Source: a virus. Taken from it: DNA of 64,000 bases. Shown in pieces: positions 11,355-20,170 of the stretch (position 1 is its first letter; each line of letters starts with the position of its first letter). The notes beneath the pieces were generated by a model that worked only from the letters and a program-made list of their open reading frames with translations, was not told where the DNA came from and did not search any database. The DNA is taken from positions 1-64,000 of the IMG/VR virus record IMGVR_UViG_3300004457_000028, one strand, 5' to 3'. A program made the translations under genes and the position numbers.

Positions 11355-11462
11355 ATGAGTTTGTGGATATGGTTTGCTCTCTCTTTTATCGCTGGTTTTG
11401 TTACCATGTGGTTGGTTACGATACCTGAAGAAAAGCCGATGTTCATTTTGCTTGACGAGTGA
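11355..11462 (+). CDS. 35-aa single-pass membrane microprotein (not in ORF track)
   Basis: Manual translation MSLWIWFALSFIAGFVTMWLVTIPEEKPMFILLDE*. Last gene of the + strand block. Confidence 0.45.
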   Translation: MSLWIWFALSFIAGFVTMWLVTIPEEKPMFILLDE

Positions 11463-11619
11463 ACACGCCGTCTTGCCAAATGTGACCGCACTCTTTGCAG
11501 CACCATAGGCTCAAACGCTCACGCTTACCATCAAGGTAGCGTGCTTGTAGTCTACGGGGTATGTGCTCGTGTAGGCAAGCCCTACACTTGACTGTCATCT
11601 TGTCTAACAGTCTACCCAT
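11443..11619 (-). CDS. Small Zn-ribbon protein
   Basis: CRAC...CKECGH cysteine pairs; likely start MGRLLDK at 11619. Confidence 0.6.
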   Translation of the reverse strand: MGRLLDKMTVKCRACLHEHIPRRLQARYLDGKRERLSLWCCKECGHIWQDGVFTRQAK

Positions 11620-12154
11620 GTAATACATCTCCCAAAGTGTCTATTGGGCGCATCAGTTTATCATCTCTCAACCAAATGTTATCACATATTGTAGTGGTCA
11701 TTATACCATGTTCCTCAAGGTCTAATGGGTAATTCCAACCCCTAATCATGACAGTGTTATTGGGTTCAGTTGTAGCCCATACTACCAAGACCTCGTTTTC
11801 AATATATTTCTTTAATTGCTTAGGCGGAATCATTCGCTTTAGATTATCCCAATCGTCTCCTCTAAGACCCTTAACTTCTACACCTTTACCTTTCAAAGTA
11901 ATATCCGTATTTGAAATATCCTCTTTGAAATTAGTATCTAATTTTTGGTATAGGCGGGTCAAGAAACACTCTACGGCGACCTCACATCTCGCTCCTACAA
12001 TAGCGCCCATGAGTCTATTATGAGCGTATTCACCAACACCGTTTTGATTATGATAAGCAACAGTGTTTTTCGCATGTTCTCTACACCATTCAAGATGTGA
12101 GTCTGTGAGATTTACAATCACTTTATCATCGTTATGCTCAATGATTGCTTGCAT
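11612..12154 (-). CDS. PD-(D/E)XK-like nuclease-fold protein
   Basis: 'GARCEVAV...DITLKGKGVEVKG' gives an E...D...ExK pattern; likely start MQAIIEH just downstream of the chaperonin stop. Confidence 0.5.
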   Translation of the reverse strand: MQAIIEHNDDKVIVNLTDSHLEWCREHAKNTVAYHNQNGVGEYAHNRLMGAIVGARCEVAVECFLTRLYQKLDTNFKEDISNTDITLKGKGVEVKGLRGDDWDNLKRMIPPKQLKKYIENEVLVVWATTEPNNTVMIRGWNYPLDLEEHGIMTTTICDNIWLRDDKLMRPIDTLGDVLHG

Positions 12155-12155
12155 A

Positions 12156-13676
12156 TCACTCAGAACCCCTACGACCAATGACATCATCAATTCGTAGGAT
12201 AGCGTTAGCAACTTCTGTAGCACCACTGATGGCACTGCGAATAAGCGATGTTGGTTCAAATACTCCGGTCATGGACTTAACCCCTCCGTTTTCTACATCA
12301 GGGCCGTAGAACTTACCATCAGTTTGATGATTGGCTCTCTTGTGTCTCATCTCTAAGACTGTATCAAGAGCGTCAAACCCTGCATTCTCAGCGATAGTTG
12401 CTGGAATGATTTCAAGGGCATCAGCGAAGGCTTCAATTGCCATTTGCGCTCTACCACCAACGGTAGATGCTTGCTCTCGTAGATGCATAGCAATAGCGAG
12501 GTAAGTAGAACCTCCACCGAATCTTACCGAGTCACCGTTCTTGATTAGAGAGACGACACCGAGCGCATCATCAAAGCCACGCTGGATTTCATCAAGTGTG
12601 GATTGAGTAGCACCGAGTAGAATCAGTGTGGCTTCTTTGTTCTGTGAGTGCATGAATAGATACGAAATATCGTTGTATGTGTTTCTACTGATGAAAACAC
12701 TCCCTGTTGTTGATGAAGCATCAGGGAACATGTGAATAGGAGCACTTATCTCATTAGCAAGACGGCGCATAGTGCTCTCAGGAACACGCTGCACAACAGA
12801 GATACCTTGTTTGCGTAGATAAGCGATAGCAGTATCATGAATAGAGTCTCTACATACTACCACATTAGCACCACTACTAACCACGGCCTTAGCCGATGCG
12901 AGTAGTTTGTCTCTACCCATGGCCTGAACTTGACTGTATGAGTTAGCGTCTTGAACTTGAACGGAAACATTCTCAGTCCCTTTGGTTTCAGTCAGCCCAC
13001 CGTTGATGAGTAGAAGTTCTACCCCGTCGTCGTTTGACCAGTTGTTGAACTCATCTCCTCCCCCGATGAAGTCCTTATTGAGAACCACACCTCGGAACAA
13101 GTAGGAGTCAGATAGAGAGCCACCGGGAGCAGCGAGAGTCTTAACTTCACGAGCGTCACCGACTGCTTCAATGGTTTCAACACACAACTGAGCAACTCTG
13201 TCCTCCGATGCTTCAAGTGATTTACCAGTGATAGCGGTTCTTGCTATCGCTCTAAGGTATACATTCATATCATAATCTTCGTGGTTACCTACAGCGTCAG
13301 GCATTTCTTCCAAGTATTCAACGGCCATGTTTCGTGCGTGAGTGTAACCTTTGTTGATGACATTAGGGTGCAAGCCCTTAGCAAACAAACCTTCGGAGTT
13401 GGATAGCAGTTGGCTGGCAAGCACAACTGTGCTGGTCGTTCCATCGTATGCATTTGCTTCTTGCATCTTTGATACTTCAACTACCATCTTAGCAGCGGGG
13501 TGTGCGGTGTCTACTTCTCGTAGGATAGTAGCGCCGTCGTTTGTTACGATAACATTACCACCACCGTCTACCATCATCTTGTCCATACCTAATGGCCCAA
13601 GTGTCGTTCTTACAGTCTCAGCGATTCGCTTGACTGCTTCTATGTTTAGCCTCTGTGTCGTATTATTATCACTCAT
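12156..13676 (-). CDS. thsA: Group II chaperonin (thermosome subunit)
   Basis: 'RTTLGPLGMDKM', 'TNDGATIL', 'DGTTS', 'AFADALEIIPATIAENAG' and 'ILRIDD' motifs; helical-protrusion segment present. Confidence 0.95.
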   Translation of the reverse strand: MSDNNTTQRLNIEAVKRIAETVRTTLGPLGMDKMMVDGGGNVIVTNDGATILREVDTAHPAAKMVVEVSKMQEANAYDGTTSTVVLASQLLSNSEGLFAKGLHPNVINKGYTHARNMAVEYLEEMPDAVGNHEDYDMNVYLRAIARTAITGKSLEASEDRVAQLCVETIEAVGDAREVKTLAAPGGSLSDSYLFRGVVLNKDFIGGGDEFNNWSNDDGVELLLINGGLTETKGTENVSVQVQDANSYSQVQAMGRDKLLASAKAVVSSGANVVVCRDSIHDTAIAYLRKQGISVVQRVPESTMRRLANEISAPIHMFPDASSTTGSVFISRNTYNDISYLFMHSQNKEATLILLGATQSTLDEIQRGFDDALGVVSLIKNGDSVRFGGGSTYLAIAMHLREQASTVGGRAQMAIEAFADALEIIPATIAENAGFDALDTVLEMRHKRANHQTDGKFYGPDVENGGVKSMTGVFEPTSLIRSAISGATEVANAILRIDDVIGRRGSE

Positions 13677-14283
13677 TCCAATCTACCTCAATTTCAACTA
13701 TAGAACCATTCTCCATGTTACGGCTCTTCACTATACCATTGTCTACGCCATACATGTAGAGGTCGTAGGTCAATTGGCAATCTTTGAGGCAGTAGTCGGC
13801 CACCTCAAGATATTTACCCTCCCGCCATGCGACGGGAGCATCACTGCTCTGCATACTCTTTGACAAGTCAAGAGTAGTGCGAGCGAGAGTGTCAAGTGTG
13901 GTGTGGACTTTACCCACACCTAATGCTGCTTTATCAATCAAGAGTTTGGTATCAATGATACTCTCACTCTTGGACATCAAATCACCAGCAGTCCAGCAGT
14001 CCAGTGCAGCATTTAGCACTGGTAGGTCAAACTTGCGAATGTTATGTCCGAGAATCTTACCGCCGTTATCCACATGCTTCTGTAGATGGTCACCAAGAGT
14101 GCGAGGGTGTAGAGGGTGGACAGTTGCATTAGTCATTTCAATGTCCTCCTTAGAGAATGCGTGACCCTCAGTTCCATCCCATGTGCAAACCACTGTAGGT
14201 TCAAACAGGCTATGCTTATCCCAACCACCTATCTCCCAAGAGTAGTTCCCAGTTTCAATATCCAATGCCATTATGTCGCTCAT
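13669..14283 (-). CDS. DEDDy/RNase H-fold 3'-5' exonuclease (YprB/RNase_H_2-like)
   Basis: ExoI 'LDIET', ExoII 'GHNIRKFDLP', ExoIII 'YCLKD'. Confidence 0.85.
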   Translation of the reverse strand: MSDIMALDIETGNYSWEIGGWDKHSLFEPTVVCTWDGTEGHAFSKEDIEMTNATVHPLHPRTLGDHLQKHVDNGGKILGHNIRKFDLPVLNAALDCWTAGDLMSKSESIIDTKLLIDKAALGVGKVHTTLDTLARTTLDLSKSMQSSDAPVAWREGKYLEVADYCLKDCQLTYDLYMYGVDNGIVKSRNMENGSIVEIEVDWNE

Positions 14284-14368
14284 GTTCAAGCCTCCTTGTA
14301 TTCCCAGTAGATGTATTCGTCTGTCTCAATTTTGACTATGAGATTGTGCTTGTTGTCATCTTCTGTCA

Positions 14369-14533
14369 TCAAGCCCACCATCCTACTTTCTTTTGAATCA
14401 TTCCGTAGTGACCTTCGGCCCTTACTTCATACCCCATATATTCGGCCCAACACCTCTCACTACAAAAGGATTTGACCCCTACAGGGGTATTATCCGTGAA
14501 CTTACCATCCTTTTTACACATGGCGCACTTCAC
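14369..14533 (-). CDS. 54-aa TRASH/YHS-like Zn-binding microprotein (not in ORF track)
   Basis: Manual translation MKCAMCK...SFCSERCWAEY...GWWA*; GTG start overlaps the helicase stop. Confidence 0.55.
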   Translation of the reverse strand: MKCAMCKKDGKFTDNTPVGVKSFCSERCWAEYMGYEVRAEGHYGMIQKKVGWWA

Positions 14534-15936
14534 GGTGATGCCTCCTTCACACGAATGTATACAGTGGATTTGTCTTTAGCAGCATCATAGAGATGAGCAC
14601 CCCACTTTGAGAAGCGACTGAACGCAGTTCCACGAGTGACTTGCTCACTGACACAATACTGCTTGATAACGGCTGCTTTCTTTCGCCAACCCTCACCCTT
14701 CTTATCCAGTTCAACCGAAGAGACAACATTGTATGCAGCCATCCAATTCTTAGCATGGTTAGCCTTCTCGTTCTGCTTAGCACCAACTTCAACTTCGCCT
14801 TCAAGCCACAGAATTAGATTCTTGAACAGGTCGTAGATAATCTCCTTAGCCATGTCAAGGTGGTCACCAGTGATAACCCAAGCCTCATCCATCATAGCGA
14901 TGTGAGTAGCAAGGATAACTGAGTAGTTCTCCATAGCAGGTATGAATGATGCAACTACATTCCCTATTGCGAAGTTGAGTCCGTCTAAGAGAGAATACAA
15001 GTCCTCTACCAAGTCATAGGTAGCGACATAGAACGAGTCGTCTGCTGCAAACATCTCGTGCATGACAGACTGGACTGAATCTTCTTGTTCTTCACGAGAC
15101 ATAGCATCCCACTCAGCGAATGAGATTTCTGTTAGGTTAAGAACACGGTCACGGAGACGCTTCTGTAGACCAGTGAAGTAGTCAATGATTTCGTCGTAGG
15201 ATAACTTTTGCTTTGGTGTCTTTGTGAACGCTCTTTCCATACGCTTCATACTCACACCCATACGCCTCTCCATGTCCCAGTCAGACCAGTAGAGTAAGAC
15301 ACGCTGAAAGATACCCTTTGTCAAGACATACTCTTTCACACCAGCAGGTGGGTAAGTAGTAATCCACAGTGAGACAAGAGATTCAGTCTCAATACGGCGA
15401 CCACTCAAGTGCTTAACGAGAATGTTTGAGTTACTACCAATCGGGTTACATGCTGATTGAAGATAGAGAACAGTCTCTTGTGAGTGCTTGCCGGGATTGA
15501 GGATGATACTCCCTTCGTCAAAGTTGAGTGCCTTCTGTCCAGCAAGCATACCTTCTGTTTGAACTGCTACTTGCTCCTTCTTTCCGTTCTCATCCACGAC
15601 TGTCTCGTTGGTGACACCACCGATTAGTCCAGCATCTGAGCCTGAAGTATACATGTCCTGTTGAAGTCCACAGTCTTTCAGCACATCACCTACAAACTCC
15701 CAAGCAACCGACTTACCAGTTCTTGATGGTTGAATCCAAAAGACATGCACACGAGGGTCAAGATGGCTCGCATCCCAAGGTATACGAACAAATGGCGCTG
15801 CTATCTGTCCTTGAATGTAGAAGAATGAAAGCATCGCTGGTATATCATTGTCAATACTGGTTCGGCTGAACCTCTCTACATACCCCTCAAAGAAGGGATA
15901 TTTCTTCACTGCTAAGTAGTCACTTGCTTCTCTCAT
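14530..15936 (-). CDS. mcm: MCM-like AAA+ replicative helicase
   Basis: Walker A 'QPSRTGKS', MCM-type 'YTSGSDAGLIGG', Walker B 'LNFDEG', Arg finger 'IFQR'; possible C-terminal wHTH. Confidence 0.7.
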   Translation of the reverse strand: MREASDYLAVKKYPFFEGYVERFSRTSIDNDIPAMLSFFYIQGQIAAPFVRIPWDASHLDPRVHVFWIQPSRTGKSVAWEFVGDVLKDCGLQQDMYTSGSDAGLIGGVTNETVVDENGKKEQVAVQTEGMLAGQKALNFDEGSIILNPGKHSQETVLYLQSACNPIGSNSNILVKHLSGRRIETESLVSLWITTYPPAGVKEYVLTKGIFQRVLLYWSDWDMERRMGVSMKRMERAFTKTPKQKLSYDEIIDYFTGLQKRLRDRVLNLTEISFAEWDAMSREEQEDSVQSVMHEMFAADDSFYVATYDLVEDLYSLLDGLNFAIGNVVASFIPAMENYSVILATHIAMMDEAWVITGDHLDMAKEIIYDLFKNLILWLEGEVEVGAKQNEKANHAKNWMAAYNVVSSVELDKKGEGWRKKAAVIKQYCVSEQVTRGTAFSRFSKWGAHLYDAAKDKSTVYIRVKEASP

Positions 15937-15961
15937 CTTACCACATCTTATTCTTCTATTA

Positions 15962-15978
15962 CTGCTTTATATATCAAC
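15962..15978 (-). promoter_or_regulatory. Conserved viral promoter motif copy 1 (GTTGATATATAAAGCAG), upstream of the MCM-like gene
   Basis: Exact 17-mer containing a TATA box, 25 nt before the ATG at 15936. Confidence 0.8.
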
Positions 15979-15989
15979 TTCAATTTGTA

Positions 15990-16097
15990 TTGTCTAAGTT
16001 GTCCGTCGTATTATCCATACAGTATATTTACCATCGTAGCATACCCAGTCTATAAACATACAAGTATAGACAGGACAACGGACATGTTGCACAACAC
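15990..16097. repeat. Inverted-repeat/AT-rich element 1 (origin-like)
   Basis: Left arm TTGTCTAAGTTGTCCGTCGTAT and right arm ACAACGGACATGTTGCACAACAC; homologous to the elements at about 48030 and 56977. Confidence 0.65.
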
Positions 16098-16168
16098 AGA
16101 GATATGTGTCATAATTTACACAAAATCAGGCGCTGAAATAGCCGTATAGGGGGTGCTTTGATGCTGCT

Positions 16169-16885
16169 TTAAGAACCCCTCTTGCGCCTGACAGTTCGTT
16201 GAATGTGAACTGGTGATTCACTTGTCAGCACCTCTACAATCAACTGCCTTCTCTTGTCACCCAAGCCCTTGACTTGCTTCAAAGAATCAGGAAAACACAT
16301 CTCCTCTAAGTTACCACACTTACCAAGTAAGCGCTCGGCTAACTCAGCACCTACACCGGGGATAGAGAGTAACATGTCTACTCTAACATCGTTTGTAGAG
16401 ACTCTTCTAATCGCTTGAGCGCCATGTTTACTGGCTGGTTTGTGTAACTTGTTATGGAGTTTAGTGATGAACATAGCGGCTTCGCTAACATTAGGAGTGA
16501 AGAACACTTGGCAATCAAAGTCGGACATGATACGAGCAATTGTTCCAGTCAATTCATTTTGAACCCTACTGTGTGTGAGTCTTCTATTCTGAGTCTTAGC
16601 GAATGCTACATACTTGGCTATTGAGCCATGCACTACAAGAAAGAAGCGCTCGTAGTTTGCATCCATGTTATCCAGTTGTCGCCACAAGTGACCACTATGA
16701 CTGGATTGGAATAGGTCTGTAACACTCTTCGCTTCTACACAAGCAGCACCTAAGAGATAGTCACCGACAACAAGTGGTTGCCTAACAACATTCAAACCCT
16801 CCTTCTTTGCTCTACGCTCAATTGATTCACAGAGAGAGCCTCTCTCGTTAGAGTCAATGATTAAATCGGGTTTAATAGAAACCAC
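16169..16885 (-). CDS. ERCC4/XPF-family nuclease with tandem HhH (Hef/XPF-like)
   Basis: 'IIDSNE', 'VGDY', 'VEAKSVTDL'; HhH motifs 'IPGVGAELA' and 'VKGLGDKR'. Confidence 0.9.
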   Translation of the reverse strand: MVSIKPDLIIDSNERGSLCESIERRAKKEGLNVVRQPLVVGDYLLGAACVEAKSVTDLFQSSHSGHLWRQLDNMDANYERFFLVVHGSIAKYVAFAKTQNRRLTHSRVQNELTGTIARIMSDFDCQVFFTPNVSEAAMFITKLHNKLHKPASKHGAQAIRRVSTNDVRVDMLLSIPGVGAELAERLLGKCGNLEEMCFPDSLKQVKGLGDKRRQLIVEVLTSESPVHIQRTVRRKRGS

Positions 16886-17213
16886 CTGCGTGTTTGCTGA
16901 AGGAGTGTGTTCTACGCCATGTGGTGTGTTTGTTATTCACTCTATCACTCACAATCATTTCTCTCTCTTTAAGCATCTTCAACACTGCGTTAATTTGATT
17001 GTGAGTTTTAAGTCTGAGTTCGGGTGAGTGCTTAACCATTTGTTGAACTGTCCTCGGTGTCTCGTCAATGAGTAGTAACAACTCTATGAAAGTAGCATCA
17101 AACCACCCCTGTTCGGGTTTGAAAACCTCTACAGTAGTTGTTGTAGTTTCACTTTTGATGCTGGTTAATATACCACCCTTGTTATGTATTGTGTGTGTTG
17201 TTTTCTTACTCAT
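16872..17213 (-). CDS. Winged-helix DNA-binding protein
   Basis: 'PRTVQQM...HNQINAVLKMLKEREMIVSDR...WR' wHTH pattern. Confidence 0.5.
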   Translation of the reverse strand: MSKKTTHTIHNKGGILTSIKSETTTTTVEVFKPEQGWFDATFIELLLLIDETPRTVQQMVKHSPELRLKTHNQINAVLKMLKEREMIVSDRVNNKHTTWRRTHSFSKHAGGFY

Positions 17214-18327
17214 TGTTACCACCTATACTGCCGTCAAAATAGCGGCACTTTCCGACACAAAGCCCATCGTATTCAAGAGTAGCGCACGAGGCTGCTGAGT
17301 AACCATTGTTACCAGCACCACCAAAAACGATGTTCTCCACTTGTTCACGAGTGACTCGTGCATTGTAATCCACCCACCCTTGTTCTTCTATGATACGGCA
17401 AATAAGTTCTACATGCTCTGCTTTCTCTTCGTTACCTATGGCTGCTACTGGGTAGAACCAGCGGAATCTCGCAGCGAGGTATGTAACGAGATGAAACCTC
17501 GCCTTGTGCGTAGGGTTACCCTCACCCAATGCTGCTTGAGAAAGACAAGGTAGAACAATTGTAGAACCCAAAGTGATGTCGGGTAAGTTCTCTACCTTCT
17601 CTACTGTCTTCTTGAATGGGCTTTTACGGTCTGCTACTATGATGTGAGTGTCTTTTTCACCAATTTCTATGTAACCACTAACTGGTGACTGCGCTCTCTC
17701 CATAATATCATCATGCGTCAAGTTGAGTATTGAGTCACTGTCCATGGGTATACTCCAGCATCCTCTCTTACTGTTGTATGAATTAGGAATGCGTATCATA
17801 CCCGATGTATCAAAGGCTACAGTGGGGTCGTTACATGATAGATTGAGTTTCTTATGCCACTGAGTAATCAGTTTCCTACCACCCTCTTTGACTCGTGCTA
17901 CACTGTAACCATCCGATGGAGTGTGCATATCACGAAGAGGAATCCAAAAGTGAAAGCCTCCACCACTGAACCAAACAAAGTGCCGAATGTTTTCATGTAA
18001 CAAAAAACGATGCAGCCTTTTAACCTGAGCGTGCATGAACGGAAAATCAACATCAGCACCACGCTGCTTGAAATCCTTACAATCAAAATCCATAACGAAG
18101 TGACGGATGATAGGGGTATCGTAATCTACTCTGTGGTTTCTTGGAGGCTTAGTCGCACGATAACCATACGCAGTGAAGTATACATTCCCGCTACCGTTCT
18201 TACCTTTCCAGTAGCGCTCTAACTCCGCCCAGTTATTGACGCAGTAACGCCCTCCTTGCTTACCATCGGAGGCTATTTCTAAGACTTCACGAGGAAAGTC
18301 CAAAGAGATGAAGCCCATGTAGTTCAC
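17206..18327 (-). CDS. priS: Archaeo-eukaryotic primase, catalytic domain fused to a PriL-like Fe-S C-terminal domain
   Basis: 'MDFD', 'FSGGGFH', 'DTSGMIRIPNS'; C-terminal 'LPCL...SCATL...GLCVGKC'. Confidence 0.85.
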   Translation of the reverse strand: MNYMGFISLDFPREVLEIASDGKQGGRYCVNNWAELERYWKGKNGSGNVYFTAYGYRATKPPRNHRVDYDTPIIRHFVMDFDCKDFKQRGADVDFPFMHAQVKRLHRFLLHENIRHFVWFSGGGFHFWIPLRDMHTPSDGYSVARVKEGGRKLITQWHKKLNLSCNDPTVAFDTSGMIRIPNSYNSKRGCWSIPMDSDSILNLTHDDIMERAQSPVSGYIEIGEKDTHIIVADRKSPFKKTVEKVENLPDITLGSTIVLPCLSQAALGEGNPTHKARFHLVTYLAARFRWFYPVAAIGNEEKAEHVELICRIIEEQGWVDYNARVTREQVENIVFGGAGNNGYSAASCATLEYDGLCVGKCRYFDGSIGGNNE

Positions 18328-18641
18328 TCCCTTGACTCAAGAATTATTTGTTGTTCCAGTATTTTCCTCTCAACTACAGTGTATGTATCTTCTATCTGTT
18401 CCTTTGTCAATTTAGATGGGTGGAGGGTGATGTAAAAGCAACAGTAACCTGATTCAATATCCTTAGAACCTTCGTAATCACTGAAGTGTTCAAGCAGTGT
18501 TCGTTGCGAGGCGACCTTGACTTGAATGCGTTTACTGCTCGGCACAAGCGCTGTTTCAACAGTGAACTCATACTGAGTCCACCTTCGCTTAAGCGATAAC
18601 TCAAACAGTATCGTAATCGTATCTATGCCTTCTTTATCCAT
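18324..18641 (-). CDS. Hypothetical protein with a PIP-box-like motif
   Basis: Translationally coupled ORF containing 'QRTLLEHF'. Confidence 0.5.
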   Translation of the reverse strand: MDKEGIDTITILFELSLKRRWTQYEFTVETALVPSSKRIQVKVASQRTLLEHFSDYEGSKDIESGYCCFYITLHPSKLTKEQIEDTYTVVERKILEQQIILESRE

Positions 18642-18650
18642 ATCTTCACC

Positions 18651-19634
18651 TCACATATCTTCGGGGTCAATTGCTAACTCACCCATCCATGCTGGACACA
18701 TCTCCATGAAGTCACAATAAGCGCACTTCGCTTCAAAAGGTTCAGCGGGAAAGTCGTCTTTCAAGTGTGCATCAACTACACGAACAAGCCTCTTCTCTAC
18801 GGTCTTAGGAGCATAGCGGCCTCCCGGCCCTTTTACACTCTCGTAGTCCCACATTGGCCCGTCTCCTCCATTGATACCACCGCCGGGGAATTGCCAACCC
18901 CAACCCACTACAGGTAGGAGTTCAATGTGTGGACTGTGTTCTAACATCATACGATAGAACTGCATTTCAGCACGCATACCAGCACGCTTTCGCCCACCTT
19001 TCTCTACCCACTTACCAGTCTTCAACTCCATTAGAATGATACCGCTGCGGGATTCATCTACAAATACACGGTCAATGAACCCCTTCATGTGAATAGGCAC
19101 TTCTGTCCCATCACTCGCCACTACTGTGCGAGTAGCGTGAACTTCAACTTCATTAGCCATAGGTAACCAATCACTTGAGTTATCCTTCATGTGAATGAGC
19201 CTCTCTACTTGCCAGTCACTGTATAGATTCATCTGTGGTTCTTCACCGTAGATGTAAGGAGTAGGAGGTTTAGGCATAGCCTTACGCATGAGTTTCTTCG
19301 CTGACTCAGTAGACCCATCGTTAAGTAAACCGATGACATCAACAATGTAGTCAGGGGCTTGTTTCCAAAACCACTCTACTGCATCGTGAACATTTGAACC
19401 ACGAACATGATAGTCTCTCTCTTCTCCACGCAAGCCCAGTATGTTTTGAAAGTAATACTGCTTAGGACAGAAATCAAAAGTGCCTACTGAGGACTTGGTG
19501 ATACGGAGTATCTTGTCATCCATGCTCGGCATCCAGTTGTAACATGACTTGTCGTAGGAGGCAATCATATCCTTGTGAGTATACTCAGGAGCATCTTCTT
19601 CATTCGGATTGAATCTCAGAATCTTCACCTCCAA
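18651..19634 (-). CDS. Cas4/AddB-like PD-(D/E)XK exonuclease with Fe-S cysteines
   Basis: 'FCPKQYY', 'GSNVH', 'GFIDRV', 'ELKTG', 'QFY' and C-terminal 'CAYCDFMEMC'. Confidence 0.85.
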   Translation of the reverse strand: MEVKILRFNPNEEDAPEYTHKDMIASYDKSCYNWMPSMDDKILRITKSSVGTFDFCPKQYYFQNILGLRGEERDYHVRGSNVHDAVEWFWKQAPDYIVDVIGLLNDGSTESAKKLMRKAMPKPPTPYIYGEEPQMNLYSDWQVERLIHMKDNSSDWLPMANEVEVHATRTVVASDGTEVPIHMKGFIDRVFVDESRSGIILMELKTGKWVEKGGRKRAGMRAEMQFYRMMLEHSPHIELLPVVGWGWQFPGGGINGGDGPMWDYESVKGPGGRYAPKTVEKRLVRVVDAHLKDDFPAEPFEAKCAYCDFMEMCPAWMGELAIDPEDM

Positions 19635-19959
19635 ACTTATTCTTTGTGATGGTTACTACAGGGGCTTCGGCTGCTATTGCTTCTTTGTCCATACTCAAAC
19701 GAAGTAAGATGAAGTAACCTATGAGGTCTTCAATAACATCTGTGTCGCTTTCCATGTCGGCGTTACCACGAAGGAGTCTACTGAGTTTGTCATCAATCCT
19801 TACCCTTAAACCAGCATCAGGCCCAAGTTGGCTGAACATACGAATAGGGTCAAAAGCGCTATCACCATACTGTTGATTCTTAGCATCAAGTAAGTTCAAC
19901 ACATTTGCTGCTATACGAGCACACTGAATCTTAAAAGGCACTTGCTCCTCTTCACTCAT
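19600..19959 (-). CDS. Nucleotide-modification-associated domain protein (DUF1599/Nmad1-like, MazG-related)
   Basis: 'KNQQYGDS...RIDDKLSRL...DLIGYFILL'. Confidence 0.75.
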   Translation of the reverse strand: MSEEEQVPFKIQCARIAANVLNLLDAKNQQYGDSAFDPIRMFSQLGPDAGLRVRIDDKLSRLLRGNADMESDTDVIEDLIGYFILLRLSMDKEAIAAEAPVVTITKNKFGGEDSEIQSE

Positions 19960-20159
19960 TCCTCTTCACCAACCTTAGTTTCACTACTGCTTTTTATATC
20001 AACAGAGTTTTTCTTCAGTAGGTTCTTCAGTTTACCGAGCACACTCTGCTTCTTAGCAGGTGTCTCCAGTGTCATTCCCCATTCATCCAGCGTCGTTTGT
20101 CTTGTGTTATCCATTGTCATTCCCCATTCATCCAGTGTTGTTTGTCTTTCATTATTCAT
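19956..20159 (-). CDS. 67-aa protein with tandem PIP boxes
   Basis: 'RQTTLDEWGMT' occurs twice, encoded by a 45-bp-period tandem repeat; lies directly downstream of polB. Confidence 0.65.
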   Translation of the reverse strand: MNNERQTTLDEWGMTMDNTRQTTLDEWGMTLETPAKKQSVLGKLKNLLKKNSVDIKSSSETKVGEEE

Positions 20160-20170
20160 TTGTGTTCACC

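Noticed and set aside
18651-19634. Cas4-like nuclease as evidence of a CRISPR-Cas system
   Set aside because: No cas1/cas2 or array; stand-alone Cas4-like exonucleases are common in archaeal virus replication blocks.
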